Virus record (IMG/VR): IMGVR_UViG_3300028800_000061
Location: 1-64,000 of that record
Length of the DNA stretch: 64,000 bases
Strand: one strand, 5' to 3'
Source: a virus
Position numbers and translations under genes: made by a program. The first letter of the stretch is position 1; the number at the start of each line of letters is the position of its first letter. Shown piece after piece: positions 63,521-64,000 of this stretch. The notes beneath the pieces are model-generated. The model searched no databases and was not told the origin of the DNA. It saw only the letters and a program-made list of their open reading frames with translations.

Positions 63521-64000
63521 CGGCAGCTTAGGCGCGGGTGAACCAGTGTCCCTGGTAGATTTTCTGGTCATGAGGCACTTGTCGGTTAACGGTGAAGACG
63601 GCCACTATTCTGCAGATCTCGAAGGCCTGCCCCCTTTCAGGTTTGCTGACCCCGAGCAAGCCAACCAGTGGCTCCGTAACCTGGTGAATGCAGGTGACCT
63701 AGATCTGGTGAACGTAGTACTTGCTGGTCATCAGCCTTGCGCTGCCCTGGGGTGCAGGTACCTTGCGTCGCGCCTAGTCATTTGCAATGAGGCAGAGAGG
63801 TGGATGCCGAATCTATCCTGCGGAGGTCACGAATTGGGTTTCGTGGATCACGCGAAGGCGTGGGGATACAAGAGCCAAGTGGTCACTCCGTACACGTCCG
63901 AGATGGGCGACAGGGTCGCGCAGTACGGGTTTCAGCTCTACAAGGCCGACCCAACCTCACGGAAACGACTGCAAGAGATCGCTGGAACTCACATCATCCG

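Larger units (their letters stand above)
1..64000. mobile_element. Segment of a large actinomycete conjugative plasmid / AICE / phage-plasmid-like element
   Basis: TraB-like transfer module, own replisome, DNA methylases, tRNA array and tyrosine recombinase; no housekeeping operons; boundaries not visible. Confidence 0.85.

Noticed and set aside
63570-64000. Open frame running off the right edge in lower-GC DNA
   Set aside because: No clear start or motif; cannot be assigned
1-64000. Calling the element a prophage
   Set aside because: No terminase, portal, capsid, tail or holin recognised in the window; the transglycosylase lies in the transfer operon

Overview
High-GC actinobacterial mobile-element DNA; the WhiB and SSB sequences look actinomycete, and the exact host cannot be read from the sequence. 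No virion genes and no element ends are visible. (1) 1-8.7 kb: a Streptomyces-type conjugation module with an FtsK/SpoIIIE TraB-like translocase truncated by the window edge, Spd-like membrane proteins, a lytic transglycosylase, an HTH-WhiB fusion and a divergent GntR/UTRA repressor plus GNAT. (2) 10.7-20.2 kb: a lambdoid-style cI/Cro switch, then a Sak4-like ATPase, HNH, an iteron-containing initiator, a DnaC-like loader, DnaB, SSB and DnaN. (3) 20.7-38.4 kb: a DarB-like methylase-helicase, C5 methylase, SLOG/NUDIX pair, many small ORFs, a PAPS-reductase-family gene and Lsr2. (4) 38.7-53.2 kb: 36 plus-strand tRNA genes covering all 20 amino acids, interleaved with RNA end-healing enzymes, a DNA-modification cassette, HNH and dcd. 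(5) 53.3-64 kb: AlpA-like HTH pair, RNase H, tyrosine recombinase and a BCS1-like AAA ATPase. The strongest candidate novelty is the control architecture of the tRNA array: a leader-peptide attenuator in front of it, a circularly permuted (YrlA-topology) tRNA-like RNA between two tRNA-Ala genes, and five ORFs whose stop codons lie inside the downstream tRNA. Also notable are a remote copy of the replication iterons inside the transfer operon and Esx-like YxxxD/E proteins beside the translocase. All protein assignments come from motif recognition by eye, not database searches, and tRNA folds were done manually.
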